NCBI GenBank assembly: GCA_051294905.1
Contig: CM119375.1
Location: 18,724,001-18,788,000, forward strand
Length of the DNA stretch: 64,000 nucleotides
Origin: Botryllus schlosseri
Lineage: Eukaryota
Direction of reading: 5' to 3'
Position 1 is the first letter of the stretch. Each line of letters starts with the position of its first letter. The position numbers and the translations under genes were made by a program. The notes beneath the pieces were generated by a model. That model made no database searches. It saw nothing but the letters and a program-made list of their open reading frames with translations, and was not told the origin of the DNA. Below are positions 35,131-49,632 of this stretch, piece by piece.

Positions 35131-38100
35131 GTGCAGACTAGGTGACCTTACGGTCGTATAGCATCTCGATGGTGCAGGCCAAACAGAATATCATCTCTAT
35201 CTCTAAGCGTCGCTGCTGAGACTCAAGACACAAATTTCCAGATGGTAACGCAAGTATAGTATAGCAGGATATCCACTGATGATGTGCTGTACAGGATGGA
35301 ACGTAGCATTTCGTTTCAGGAATCTGCAACAAAAATTAATAACTTAGAGATACAAATCAACCATAAGCCCAATCATTAAGAATAGCTTGATGTGGGGATT
35401 CAACCCAGTGGTTCTCAACCGCCAAATATGTTATATTTTTCCAATTATAAATGCATGAAGCTGGACACTTGTCCATTAGAGAATGGAACATCAAATTTCA
35501 GATTGAATCGGATTTTTCTGCATGGTGTTGTAATATAGAGCTCATAGTCTACTTTGGTCTTGACGCAGGTCACAATGCTGCAAGTTTACGGAACGAAATA
35601 CCCTACACCTCTTTTAGCAAAAGTTATATGGGAAAGCTATAAGGCTATTACAAAAAGATATTTAAATTTGGACAGTACAATTAGCAATCTTTAGCAGAGG
35701 AATAGAGGGACTAGATAACTGATAATCTGCTGGTATTTCTTTCAAAAGCAATCAAACAGTCAAACTGGCAGTACCCTTGCAGAAACTTCATTAGCACCAC
35801 ATATAATATCAAAATACATTAAATGTTATTTCCAATGTTTAGTTTTTATTTGCATACATTAGTCCCATATGCAATTTAAGTTGCAAGGTGTGCAAGATCA
35901 AATAGGACGAGAAGTGCCAACCGCTGATTTAACTGCCATAATATTCCAGCTATGAGTATAATGTCAACAAAATGCACAGTTGATAAAATGGCAGGATGAT
36001 CTTTACTGTAGCATAGTACCTCAAGCCATAAGCAGTTGATTCGCTCAACACACACACAACAATATATTTAGATGGATTTCAATCCTTCATATGATATAGC
36101 TCACCAGAATCAGACAAACTTACCCATGCATGCTGAGGAGAGGTCCTGGCTGTGTTGCAAGGATTTGACAAAACCTTTTAAACTTTGATGTAGTTTCCAG
36201 AGTTTTTCCCACAGCTTTTCCCAATTGCCACATCCTGACGATACAGTTAACTTATCCATCATGAGGGAGTGACCGACATCAAGTCGATTTATGTGATGAA
36301 TAGTCCTGTTTTGTATCTTCAAAAGTTTCAGTTGCCAGCAAATGCTATATTTTGTGTCCGTCATTTAGTTCACTGCAACGGTGGTTTCTTTCCAGTACAG
36401 TGGCATTTGATTGCCAGTCATTACCAAACATATTTATGTGTTACTAGTAGCCTTATCGGCACCGTATCTGTAAAAAGAGATTCAATTTAAATGGTGCCTG
36501 GACTTTTATACAATTATGTAAACTTCTAACTACCATTTATTGTATTCTAACACTACCATGCTCCTAGGGTTTGTATTTTACGTAAAAGTCTAGAAACCAT
36601 CCTGACTGTCTGACTGAAATGCAACTTGCATACTGGTACTTGGAGGCTACAATTTTCGGTCATTTCAAGCTATATAACTGTCTTATGGCAAACCATGGGT
36701 AGGTATAGAATCGTTAGGCTCGTTCGATAGGCCTACTCCTTCCTTTCCTTTGTTCTGCATCATGTTAACTACAAATAGGAGCGCAGCATTGATACACTCT
36801 AATCATCGATTAACCTATTACATAAAATCCTAACAGACGAAGTCACTCTAAACTGGCGGCTGCCACTTTAAGGACTTTAAGGCTTATTATGCAGTTCTAT
36901 AGCATCAGATCAGTCATTAATGCATAACGTAATCAATACTAGAATCATCCTGAAATGTAATTCTGCTACATCCTGATATACACTAACGCTTATCAATGTA
37001 GCAAAACATACTCGATAAGCAGATATATTCCGAATACCAGCGATATATCGTACGGTACTGACGTACCGGTAGCGCCGTTCATAACCTGCAGCTGAAGCTA
37101 CATACCGCTAACCAATACTGCTAAAATTATCAACTACCTGAACATTACATGTGTCCTCTAGCTTTATAAACAATTAAAAATATTGATATCATACGCATCT
37201 ACCAGCAATCACAAACCAGAAAGGTAATTCCAGGTCTCCAAGTTACGCACAGACAAAGCGCTGTCAACAATTCTATCTGAAGTGAGTGCGCGAAAATGAC
37301 CCTACTTGTGTATGACCGTGATGACGCAATCGACGGAGTCAGCCATCCCGGAGTTCTATATATCCCTGATATTACCGAATAAATACGTGGATGAAAGCTT
37401 TAAACTTAGTACACTGTTACATGACATCATCGAGCAGTGGTCTCATGGCCCTTTTCGATATGGTACACTGTCAAAATTAATGCGAACAGACCAACACCGA
37501 ATTTTGCGCAAAATTTACTGATGAATAGGCTGATCAAGTGATCAACTGTTAGCCGCCATCGAAAACGAAATAGCTATCGCGCTTGACAGCAGGGGGTTGT
37601 GAGCAAATGGCTTGAAGGCCACAATTTCACGGTGAAATTGACATTGGAGAATATACTATCAAAGTAAATATTTGAATACAAACTGAGAATGATATCATCA
37701 TCTCAGTTAACGTTACCGCAGATACACCGGCTTTTGCGTGAAATCCGCAATGCGTTGTATGCTAAAGTGTCAGATAGGAGCACATCTCTACCATACTCGA
37801 CCTTGATAACGAAATTACTGCCCTGACGCTGTTGGGTTTAAAGTACTTGTGTTTGTAACGTGTTTCCAACAATTTGAAGTTTTTAATAACACTTGAACCG
37901 AAGATATTCGGGCGTTGCGTCCAATATGATGTCACAAATGCGTCGAAAATGTCAAAAAGAGTCAAGAGTCAAAAGGGTTTGCGAACCACTGGTCTATGCT
38001 ATTTATATATTTGTTGATAAGCTAAATGAATTCGCTGGCAATTTGAGAACACGCTAGAAAAACATGAAATGCTTCGAAATAAGTCGTATTCAACTCGATT

Positions 38101-39167
38101 CGCTGTGCCTTGTTCTCGAATGTGGGTATCCGAGTGACGAATATATTAGAATTAAGCTGATTATTCGACATGCCTACAGCATTTTCTGACTTCCAACAAC
38201 GAGCTCTCCCAGTTGTCTCGTGACGCCCGCTACCATATTACGAAAAATTTCAAAAAAGCCAGTTTGCTCGGGACAGATTCGATTACGACATTTGATATCA
38301 AAGAATTTGTGTTATGTTCAGCTGTATCGACCTATGCTATGTGCTATGACACTCAGAATGGTGGTGACTTATCTGTGCTGCGAATTCAGATGATACGCAA
38401 GAGGAATATAGATAGACTATTCATTATAATCTCTCGTCATTTTCGTTGATAAATAACTCTTCTGGTATTGAATTTCGTTGATTAAAGGTCAGGAATCTGG
38501 ACAGTTGAGCTTTTAGGTCCAAAGTCATTTTACCTAATATATTTCTCGATAGTCGGACTAATAAGCTATGTCCACACATTACGAAATATATATAAACTAC
38601 AACCTAATTGTGTGCATCAGTCAGCATAGCACATTTTTGGCTAGTATTGTGTTGCATACACAACTAATAATGACATAGGCATAGTATGTGTAAATAGTAA
38701 TTATCTTCTTCCTGTGATCCATTCCTCATAGACTAACTCGATAATATGCTGCTGAAATACATTATTTTCAAGCACGTGACGCACATTGCCTTACTGGCGA
38801 TAAAAATCACTCCTTTTTCACCACAATATAATAATAATATTAGGATTAAAGATAGGATCTAAAAATGGCGTAACCTCAGAGATATCTCCAGTCAGCTAAT
38901 CTGATGGAACATTCGTATTTGCGGATTGAGTTTTTCTGAGATTAAGCGGATTCCATATGACCGGTGCTGATCAGGGCTATGTAACCCGAATGAACTAAGA
39001 CACTTCGAAATTGCGTTGTAGCGTCATTATCAAGAGTGATCCATCAACTTATACTTATACTTATATATACTATGAATACTTATATGAATATTTAGGGTCA
39101 GGAGATATCGAACATAGCAAAGATAGTGTTATTAAATTAGTAGTCTGTAGTGCAGTACTATCTAACG

Positions 39168-40704
39168 CAGTGGTTCTTAACCTTGCCCCCAGCGCCCCCC
39201 AGGGGGCGCTGGCGATTTTGAAGGGGGGCGGAAACGCTCAGGGGGCGATATGGGGGGCGCTGGGCTCAGGGGGCGGTATGGGGGGCGCTGGAGAAAAATG
39301 GCTTCGCAGTAGATGATGTGGTGATAGGACATATCCTTAATGAGTATTCACAGCAAATTAACACCGAAAACTTCGTTACATATTGCCTTCAAAATACATA
39401 TAGGTTTAATTGTCCATGGGCGCCTAACTAACTGACACCAAATGTTCCTGTCTTGGCAATCTGAACCCCAGAAGACGAATTCCAGCTGGCAGGGAAAAAT
39501 TTTATGTCAGTGAAGAAATACCAATCTGAAATCGTGCGCGTCTTTTAGTTTAGTGCGATTGGGCGACAGGGATATTCCTGTTGGGCCATATCCCCGTTGA
39601 GCGATTCTATATTTTTTGATATTGCAGACAGGTGTCACGAAATAACATCATGCAACGAAGTCATACCAACGGGTTCGCCCGCCCGAATATGTCTAATTAT
39701 TAGTAACAGGCCCTACAGTTTCCAAGAAACCTCACAATGTTTGCTTTAAGTTTTGTTAAGTCTGCGCACACTCGACAACTCACTGCGCTGACCCCTGGAC
39801 AACAGTGCGTAACGACTAAAAAAAGGTGATAACTTCGGAGTTGTTGTGCGCAACTTGGATTTTCTGTGCGCAGAGACCGTGTCAGCACTGCGCAGGTGCG
39901 CAGCTTAGAGGGAACATTGCACCGCACTCAGCTCTACCGGTCAATGTGTTTACGTGAGCGGAGAGAGGATAAAAATTAATCTCAATTTACATGCAATTCT
40001 CGATGATATTGACCAATTCAAACATTAATTAGTGAAATTTTTCGCGCTTCGCGCGACTAGGCAACAATAGCTGCCTCAGTAAAGGGACACATAATGTAGA
40101 TACCTAATAGGCTATCAGCAAATAGAGGACAGCCTAATCGGGGTCTGGGAGTGAAGTCCCCCGGAAGCTTGGTTTATCAACCGATGGGGGCCCAGGACCA
40201 ACGTTTTTTGTTTGGTTGGGGGGGGGGGGGCTGACGAAGTCCTCTTACGGCCCTGGTAACGAATAATTGTACCTGCGGACACGCCCGAATATGTTTAATT
40301 ATTAATTAAGTCCCCTTTATTTTCCTATACAACAGCTCACTCAGTGCTACTGGTAAATCTGATTACGTGGGCTGAGAGGATAAAAAGTTTATAGCGACTT
40401 ATATATGTAATTACCACTTATTCATTGATGCATTATAAAATAAATTTGGTACCTAGGGCGACCAGGCCACACAAACTTTGCTGACCATCGAAATCGCGAT
40501 ATGGGGTTCGTGGGGGTGAAGCCCTCAGAAGTTCGGTTTATCACGCTATGGGTGCACAAGGCATTCGTTTTTAGGGGGTTGACGAGGTGCCCTCCCTCTT
40601 ATTCATTGTCTTTATTACATTCCTTACATTATGAAGTTGGGGGGCGCTGGAGCACGATTATTTTTGAAAGGGGGCGCTGGAGGAAAAAAGGTTAAGAACC
40701 ACTG
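39168..40704. mobile_element. Non-autonomous hAT element, TIR CAGTGGTTCTTAACCTT, TSD ATCTAACG
   Basis: Perfect TIR and perfect 8-bp TSD (39160-39167, 40705-40712); GGGGGCG subterminal repeats at both ends. Confidence 0.9.
39735..39919 (+). mobile_element. MITE nested in 39168-40704, same family as 32414-32569
   Basis: Shared core GTCTGCGCACACTC...CAGTGCGTAACGACTAAAAAAA and AGAGGGAACATTG end; TSD not preserved. Confidence 0.7.
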
Positions 40705-43700
40705 ATCTAACGTATGCAGACAGATCAGCGGGTCCACTCCACTCACGCAACGCGTGAGTCGTAGCAAAACAATGGTGTTACGTGACAAGGAGATTGGCGC
40801 GTTAGCTCAATGTGAATTGATTTACGGAGCAGAATCTGAGATGGCCTTTTTAACAAGCAGAGATGGAAGAAACAGATTTCAAATTACTATAACTCGGAAA
40901 TATTTCGATACATTTGAAATACAAGTGATGATCCACCATTAAAATTCATTTCGAAGAAACCGCCGTACAGCTTGTGCTCAATATTCCGCAGCTGATTCGG
41001 CGAATCATTGATTTACAGTTTTTAAGACAGGGATGATAAGATATCGCGTGCCGGTTTCGGATGAATAATCGTCATACTATGCCACCATGGATATGACATA
41101 GTGAATATGTTGTGCAGTGTTGCATCATCAGTTATATGATCGTCAGTTTCGGAGTGTCCAAATCATAGGGTGCTGAGACTGTAAACTCGTCGGACAAGGC
41201 AATGCTAGAGATGAAAAAATGCCTTGCTGTGTACTTTATCGAGTAGAAAATAGATCTATGCCAGCACTTGCTGCTACTCATATGACAAAGGTAGGCGAAG
41301 GTTCTAGTTTATGGCCGTTGAACACGAAATATCGGTCTGCAGCGGTCAGGATACCTTACACTCTCCTTTCTATCCGTTAGCATATCTTTCGATATCTTAA
41401 TTGAGACACGTTTATCGTATCATTTTCAACTGGATGGATGGGGGGAGATTGAAAGAAAAAAGCAAGATTAGCTCAAACTGTAGTGATCAGAGAATTTAAT
41501 GTAAATATTGGCGGTATAGAAGTACAACTTGTTGCGGTATAGAGTGCCAGAACGCTCATCGCATATAGTTTGAATATAGCGTAATACCTGCATAAAATCG
41601 GCATTATATATACGATTGAAAGCTATCTCTTATAGAGACTTTTTGGAGTGCATAACTTTAATATACATTTTATTAAGATATTCAATATGTAAATATATTA
41701 AAATTCAAAGCTTAATATAATATTCATATATTTTTTATTATGATTATGTTTTATATTGATAATGTAATTCGATATATTTACATTTCCCTGTTGTTATTAT
41801 TTTAATAAAATGTTTAATAAGGCTATCTTACAAGTGACCTCGCAATCTATCTCGAATGCCGCGCTATTTTGACACTCTCTTTTCCGGTATGTCATATTTT
41901 GTTTTGATCGCACTATAATTGAATTATAAGTTGTTGTGATGGGAAGTGTGACATGAATTCCAGAGCCTTGAAATGAAGACTGGAATAGGTTCGTGATGAA
42001 ACCCAAGTTAATGGACTCCATCATTTATAGTTATTTTATTCCATTCCAAGGCTAATGGAATGAATATTCGAATTTAATATAATAATCAGCCCGGAACAAC
42101 TAGATAGTTAAAGATGTCTAATCAGAATAATTAGAAGTAAAGCCGGTAATCTAATTCTCATATAATTTCTGAAGTGTTTCTACCCTCTTATTTTAAATAA
42201 AATGTAATTTCTGCTTTCCTGAAAATGCTACAGTGGAGCCGTGTAGAGCGTAACGAGCCAAGCTTGCTGCGTGGCGAAATGTGTTAGAGATTTTTCATCA
42301 TCGTGTTCCATAAACTCTCTCTAAATGCCGATACACCCATTAAACGGATCGAATGCTGACTGGCCGAACGCAAATACATGGAAAGTTAGAGATTTTTGTC
42401 CTTTATGTTTAATTTTTAAAAGTCAATATTCAAGCTGTGCAAAATAATACGATTTCGCTATATTTCTGTAGTGCTGTTCTTCCCAATCATTTTACTCTGC
42501 GGACTAAATTTTCACTATCAAACGTTGGTGGCCTCAAATAATGGAAAATGAGGAACGTTATAATAGTGCGATCGATGAAAACGCTACAGCGGTTTCTCTG
42601 TAAGCATGTGCGCGCTCTATCTTTCTCTGTATGTATTTAAACTTTCTCAATCATATTTTCGTCCCGAGCATCGTAGGCCCCGCCTTGAGGCTTTTATGAA
42701 GCTACTGCACCATTCACATAGTATTCCTCAGAGAAACATGGCTATTTCGGTAACGCTAGGTATTAATAGAGTGATAATGACAGTTTCATTCAATAGACAG
42801 TGTGTGTGTGTATTATGTAAAGGTTGAGGAAACCAGCATTTTAGTGCACAGGATCAGTTACAATTTGGTTCCTCCTCATATAGCAGGATTGTGCCTAAAA
42901 TCGGCATTTACAGACCATTGTTGTGATAAACACCAGATTGAGTTCTCTGTCTATTTTGGTGATTTTGAGTGATAATAGTGACATTGATTTAGTTTGACTT
43001 ACCAGTAAGCTTGGCGGCGGCGACGAAATATACTAATTCTGAACTATACCTTCATTAGAATTGTGCCGTAACACGACAGCTAATAATATATTATCTCCGA
43101 CTACTGAATTCGTCACTGGAAGTAATCTAAACAATTAGCGATGACCAAAATATTTTCAATATTCCTAGCGTTTGGGATCATACTTCACCTTTTCGTTGAT
43201 ACTGGATCCGCTTTTTCTGGTGAGTAACTTTTCCAGATTTTTTACAACGACTGTAGGCAGTACATATATGTTTATATATTCAGTTTGTGCTCTGCAGATA
43301 AAACATTGTTCGGGCTTCGTTTGTGCTCGATGAGCAAACGCTTTTATCCTTTGATCAATTCATGAACGGCGGGGGACCGCGTAATGGTTTCCACAAAGGA
43401 AATTTGTTAGATCATTGCCTCTATCAACATAAAGCAAACTCTCGATATTTCCTCAATCATTGTCGAAGTAGTTCAAGTCTTTGCCAGATCGAACGTCAAG
43501 ACTGCATAGCATTCATAATCACTGGAAAGTCGTGACCTTGGATGGTACCTAACGCATTTAGGTAGTAGCACAAGATGCCGGACCATGTAATATTGCTATC
43601 AGTAATCGAATTATAGAAACTCTAAGGACGAAGATTAAAAGGTTGGATTGATTTAAGGACCGATTAACGTGTTAATCAGGATTTGACAACTTAGGATTAA

Positions 43701-45013
43701 GGAAACCGGTTGATCGAAGCGCGTAAAGTTGAGTTAATTTATTAATCTCAGGATTCTACAACCCTGGATAATCTGTATAGTGCATATAGCCTACTCCGTA
43801 CTATTCATATGTGGACATTTTCCGATAATGACCTTAACGATTGTCTTCGAGTACCTATACCGGCAGCGACTGTGCTCAACAATAGGAATATCTAAGAGTT
43901 ATGCTACATTGCAAATCATATAGCAAGATAGAGTAGTTAGGACAGCGGTCACCCGCAGAATTCCAATGCAAGTGTTGGATGCTTTTCCAAGCTCCTCTTT
44001 GTCATCCAACCAGCATAACCGGTGTCTTGCAAAAACCTGAAATGAAATTTCTAAAATGAAAATGACATGAGTTTATTTTTACTATTATTTATTAATAAAA
44101 TCATGTTATGGTGCTTATAACAGCGTTGGTCTTTTGCACCGCACGCCAATACATTTCATTAATAACACAAGCCAATTAAATAATTTAGTATAGGATATGC
44201 ATGGTAGTTGGCGTCAGTTAATTTTCAATAATTATATGCGTCGTCCTGATGGAGTTGCAAAATCGATAACGTGATGTAGGATATTGGAGTCAGTCAGTTA
44301 GTTGTCCAAGTTGAATGGGATTCTTTATCTGATGAAAAATGACCAACGTATACTCGAAATACTATGAATACTTACACGATGTTGCAAAGTAACATAAGTA
44401 TATTCTAATAATCCGTAACGTCTCACTAAAATATGAAAGGTAAACAATGAAAGTCGAGTATTTAACGACGAATGGCTGCGAAACTACACTTTTACTTTCA
44501 CATGAAATTTGCCGAAATTATCAGATGCTCAGCTAAGTGCTGCTTTCGAATAACTCGTATGTGAAATGGCTGTTGCCAAAATGTTTTTTCATATACTTCC
44601 TAATTTAATTCGATTTAACGTAATATTAAGAGCACAGTATCTTTTTAATCATGGGTTGCTCAGTCTGGATGATACACGATAATCGATCCTTAAATCAACT
44701 CAACTTCATGATCTCCGCGCTCAGACAGTAAAATTAAACAACCTACTTCACTGGATTAATAGTTTCAACAAATGACTCGGGATAATCCTGGCGCTAAATC
44801 CTACTCGAGTTTTTGCACCACGATTAACATGCGATTAGTAGTCTGATGCCGGCTGTCGATGAAGACACAGTCTCAATACCCTGGAAATACAATACCGAGT
44901 CCCGTCCAACCGTTATTGTTCCTTTGATGAAGAATTGATATACACGAGCTCCGTTTTTGAGGCACGTTGCGGTTTGGACTCCGTAACAGTCTACGTCAAA
45001 GTAATACATATCA

Positions 45014-45396
45014 TAGGGTTACCATACTTCCTCTTTTAAAAGGATTTGTCCGCATTTTTGACTTTTTAGAAAGTGTCCACGGAGGACGCCAAAATGTCTT
45101 CGGTAAAATTCGAGTGATATACAGTAAATCAACATTGCTATAAGTCGACAGTCACGGAAAATAATGAGCAATATCGGCCTGGTGTAAATGACCATAGTAG
45201 TCGACAAACACCATGAATACCACAAACAAATAAACGCTGAAGAACGCTCCGGCGGCAATTTCGGGAGTTGAGCCGGAAAGCTGACCTTTTTTCAGTCAAC
45301 CGACCACAAAGTGGAAAAAATTTACCCACGGTATTGCAAGTCTGCAAATTTTGAAAAAGTGTCCTCTTTTCAGATTTCCAAAATACGGTAACCCTA
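45014..45396 (+). mobile_element. MITE, sister of 32041-32379
   Basis: Termini TAGGGTTACCATA / TACGGTAACCCTA; end-to-end homology to 32041-32379 except for ~115 extra internal bp. Confidence 0.8.
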
Positions 45397-46597
45397 TTAT
45401 ATTAGTAATTTTGGCAATGGCTTAATATAAAATCGCGAAATTAACAGTATCTGCCTTGGAAGTTCTGTTGTTCGGAATGACTGCGTCAGTTTATTTTTTC
45501 CGACGCCTCGTCCTTCGAAAAACACTAAATTAGGGCGTCCTGAGTGGTGCACGCAGTATAATACTTGGCACTTGGCATTCGATTTTATTTATACTGGACC
45601 TTTAAAACTTTACCTTTCCAAACAATTTTGATTAACATATTAATTAAAACGACTATTCGCGTGCCGTGCTTCGACAGTAAACCGCAAATTTACGCAAGAT
45701 GACTCACATGTCACCAAGAATATCCTCGTAGAGCTGAAACTATTCACACGAACCGCGGGCTGTGAATTTTCAGATGCCACGATATGTCATTGTATAACCC
45801 GAAATCATTCGCACTAATAACAATTCAATGGCCACAAGTGATCGCTACGAATACGTGTAATGCTGAGGCAATGCAGCGCGTACACAACAACAGCTTTGCG
45901 ACCCTCTTCTGCTTCGCGAAGGAATGTGATGATCGTATGTCGCATGAGAAATACAATATGTTGCCTCGAACTTGCAATGATGGTTGCAGTCGACGTTAGG
46001 AAACAGTTAGTAGGCAATTTTATCGTTAAAACACTTTTTTACGGTATGCAACTTGAAGATGAAAAGGTTAAATCTTTTAAAGTACAAATTCCCTTCCAAG
46101 TTAGTGACTTTAATAAAATTTCATTTAGTCAGTTACTGGGCAACGGATATTTACCAATCAAAATGATTGGAAATTAGCGAGATACCGCGTCTAGATAATA
46201 GTAGGTGATTAGGGAATTCCACCTTCACATTATAATACTACGCGCTGGGTAAATCGTAGTTTCCAAACCTGCGTCCGGCGTGACGCATCGTGAAAATTCG
46301 TACCATGCTGCACACGGTATTACTCCCATTAGACGATTTGTCGAGATGAATCACCACTCCTCACTGATACATGCAAGATAATACATATATCTTGCGGCTA
46401 TATTCATGCTAATATAAGATGTTCGGCCCTCAGCATAGTATTATTTTATCGCGGTAATATATCTAGATATGAAACTGACTTTACGCGATCGATCACTATC
46501 GCTTTTTATTTCTAGCACAGAATGACGTAATGCGATAATTCTTGTGTCGTGAAGGCTTGTGTCGCAATTGTGTGGCCGTTTTAGCAAAGCCCGGAGA

Positions 46598-46700
46598 CAG
46601 GCATGTCAAACTCAATATGGGCCAAGGACCGGATTCACAAATATTGCCAACGCTTGCGGACGGAGCCAGTCAACTGGTGCCCATACATTACCCGCAAATC
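46598..46700 (+). repeat. Possible solo hAT (Charlie-like) MITE left end
   Basis: CAGGCATGTCAAACTC...GGGCCAAGGACCGGAT; no partner end seen. Confidence 0.35.
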
Positions 46701-47043
46701 GATACCTTTGTTTTCTGTGGGTTGCTTCATTATGAAGTATGCACAATTGCACATGGTACAGTACACTAATTATACAATGTACAGTGTACAAAATCAATAT
46801 TTTTATGAAACATTACGGCCTCAATTCTGGAGTATATCTTTATTCACAAGCAATGTAATTAGTGTAAATACAATGATTGGACGATTGATTTCAGTTATAG
46901 ACCACCAAAACAGTTGCTCTATAAACCTTCGGATCCTGCGCTCCGGTTCCTTTACTTGTGATCCGGTGTAAGTCTGGCGTTACGTAGTCAGGAATGCAGA
47001 AGATTTGGAGACAAACATGCAATCTCGAAATTTGGGTAATTAC

Positions 47044-49009
47044 TAGGGGTGGTGTGACCCTCTAAAAGGTTCAAGTTCGTGTGAACGCGAACCTTTTTGA
47101 AAGGTTCTGTGTGAACGAGAACGTGAACCTCATGACGTTACGTGACGTCATATTGCTAATTCCAACCCTACATTTCAATGAAGTGATATATTGATGTACA
47201 TTGTACACGATACCTAGCGACGACTCAGACCACATTACGCCACAATACTGAAGTACATACTGACTTTTTAAACATAGCCAAATGTATCAACTGCATGAGG
47301 CGATCAAATGATACAATGATGCCATGAAATCAAAAACTTTGTCAACAATTTCGACGAGGACTTGCAAGGAAATTTAAGCTTACGCCTTAACGGTCCAGGC
47401 CAGACCGGACTATGTATTCGACGTATGAGTATTGCTACGTTGATATTGAGCAGAGTGTAAAACGGGTTTCAATACTTGCTACCGATATTACCCCATTAAC
47501 AAGTTATACAGCAGTGCCCAACACGCTAATCGCCAGTGTTGGGATGACTCGAGTCATGACTTGACTCGAGTCAGACTCGAGTCACATTTTTCGCATGACT
47601 TGACTTGACTCGAGTCACTTCGCTAAAATGACTTGACTTGACTTGACTCGGCGTATCAGAAATGTGGATTGACTCGTGACTCGGAGCAAAATTCACGAGT
47701 CAATTTCAAGTCATCAAGTAATCGATGTCGATAAAAATCACTGTATCATGCATATGTTCGGATTGTTCGCGAAACGCTGGTGTAACTCGTGAGAGCGACC
47801 AATCATTCAATGATCATGTGTTTCACTGAACCTCGATTGTTCTCTCACAAATAAATTGACCGCGAACGTAGTGATCGAAGCTTACAGCTTAAGTTGTCGT
47901 AACTCTGGTAGTAAAGTATAGCGAAATGTTTATTTCTGTTCTCTGTTCTTACCTTAACCAAACAAATTGAATTCGAATATAGTTTATATAATTCTGAAGC
48001 TCTACCATTGGCGCAGGCTCGAATTTTATCATGTCTTTTTGTAAATGGGTAATGTATTGCAACTAATCAATTTGTTTCTCTATTCTCTATTTTGGCTGGT
48101 AACTATAAACTGAGGCTATGCAATTACGCAGTTCAACATTTCTACGTATATGTGAGCGATGCAGCGCCTTCTTGCGTTTATATTTAACTCTATATTCGTT
48201 CATCGGTTCGGAGTCAATGACCACTCAATCTGTAGTTCAGACAGCTGGCAAATTGCAATGATGTAATCATGTCTCATACTGCGAAAAGCCAACTTGACTT
48301 GAAATGTGACTTGACTCGTGACTTGACTTGACTTGACTCGACTTGACTCGAGTCACTTCCAAAAATCGAGTGACTTGACTTGACTCGAGTCACCTTTGAA
48401 AATAGATTGACTTGACTTGACTCGAGTCAAAATGTGCAATGACTCGAAATGACTCGTGACTCGAAGGTAGTGACTTGATCCCAACACTGCTAATCGCACA
48501 GATTGGGTTTTTATGATACAATAAACACCAAATCAAGATGGACCCCGTACGCCTGCTAGATTTTTTACATTAGACAACGATATCAATTTCATTGATTGGT
48601 TGACTAAGCATCATTTCCCGACTGGCTACATGTAGCGTATTCCGCTCTTGATGTTGTGTGATTGCGGGTCAAGCTCACATAGCAGAGACTCACCTAATAT
48701 TCACAAACAGAAAGCTGGATAGTTCGAGCAAACTTTTGTAACAAAGCAAGTAAAATTTTTGAGATTGTCGAGGTGCATGCTCGTTTAGTGTTGATTTTTT
48801 TAATGCTGCCAGCGACATGCATAGAGTGGCCCACAGTTGAAATGCAATAAATTAAAATCAAAGATGTTATAATGACGTGAAAAAATGTAATATATGAAAA
48901 AGGTTTACAGTGCAAAACCGACCAAGGTTCGTTCGTGAACGTGGACCTCTAAATTTCTGAGGTTCACACACAGAACGCGAACTTGAACCTCACGTTCACG
49001 CCCTCCCTA
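47044..49009 (-). mobile_element. Family X copy B (inverted), TSD GTAATTAC
   Basis: TAGGG termini, perfect 8-bp TSD (47036-47043, 49010-49017); reverse-complement homology to copy A. Confidence 0.9.
47534..48489. mobile_element. hAT MITE nested in copy B, TSD CTAATCGC, with GACTT/GACTCGA subterminal arrays
   Basis: TIR CAGTGTTGGGAT / ATCCCAACACTG; perfect TSD (47526-47533, 48490-48497); dense GACTTGACTCGAG repeats at ~47545-47710 and ~48290-48478. Confidence 0.92.
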
Positions 49010-49632
49010 GTAATTACTGTGAAATCCATATTCAGGTTTCCCAGATGTGATTTTGGGTCACGGCAACAACACAGGTCATAGAGCAGTTGCACTGAACTCT
49101 AACTCACCACACTAAATAAACTGGGATATGTGGACTGATTATTTTTACCACAGCTAACATACTTTAATAATAATTGTGGATAGAAATAAACCAAATGACT
49201 TTGTAGGTTGGGACCTATTGATTCAGTAGTTGTGTAGCAGTGCGGCCATCGATATTTTCATTATATTATTTTGGCTCTGTAACTTGCATACAACATTTCA
49301 GCTTTAGCCAATGTCAATAACTAGCTTTCGCTTGGTCCGTTTCTCGTTGGAAACTCAACACTCCGTGTGCACGTTTACTCTTCTCGGAATTTCATGCGAT
49401 GCTACAATATTAATCGTCTCATCTTTTCAATACAGCTTCAAGCATGGTCGACCGTGTTTTCGCGAAATGTAAAACCCAATACTGCCCTTACATCAAAAAA
49501 CTCCACCATTGCAGATATTTTGCGACGAGAGGTCAACGAAAATGTAAGTGAGACGTGTAGGTTATCGTAACTAGTTGTACGCACTAAAGCTGACACGTCG
49601 TCAGTCGAAATAACGCCGTTGACAGCAATGAG

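Noticed and set aside
35406-37991. One hAT element bounded by CAGTGGTTCTCAACC and GCGAACCACTG
   Set aside because: The flanks ATTCAACC and GTCTATGC do not form a TSD; probably two unrelated solo ends.
39011-39316. Gly-rich ORF
   Set aside because: Translation of the MITE's GGGGGCG subterminal repeats.
43620-44800. Inverted GATTTAAGGA.CGATTA similarity as one large element
   Set aside because: Short and degenerate; no TIR or TSD could be fixed.
47545-48478. GACTTGACTCGAG arrays as a CRISPR-like locus
   Set aside because: No regular repeat-spacer period and no cas genes; the arrays are subterminal repeats of a TIR- and TSD-bounded MITE.
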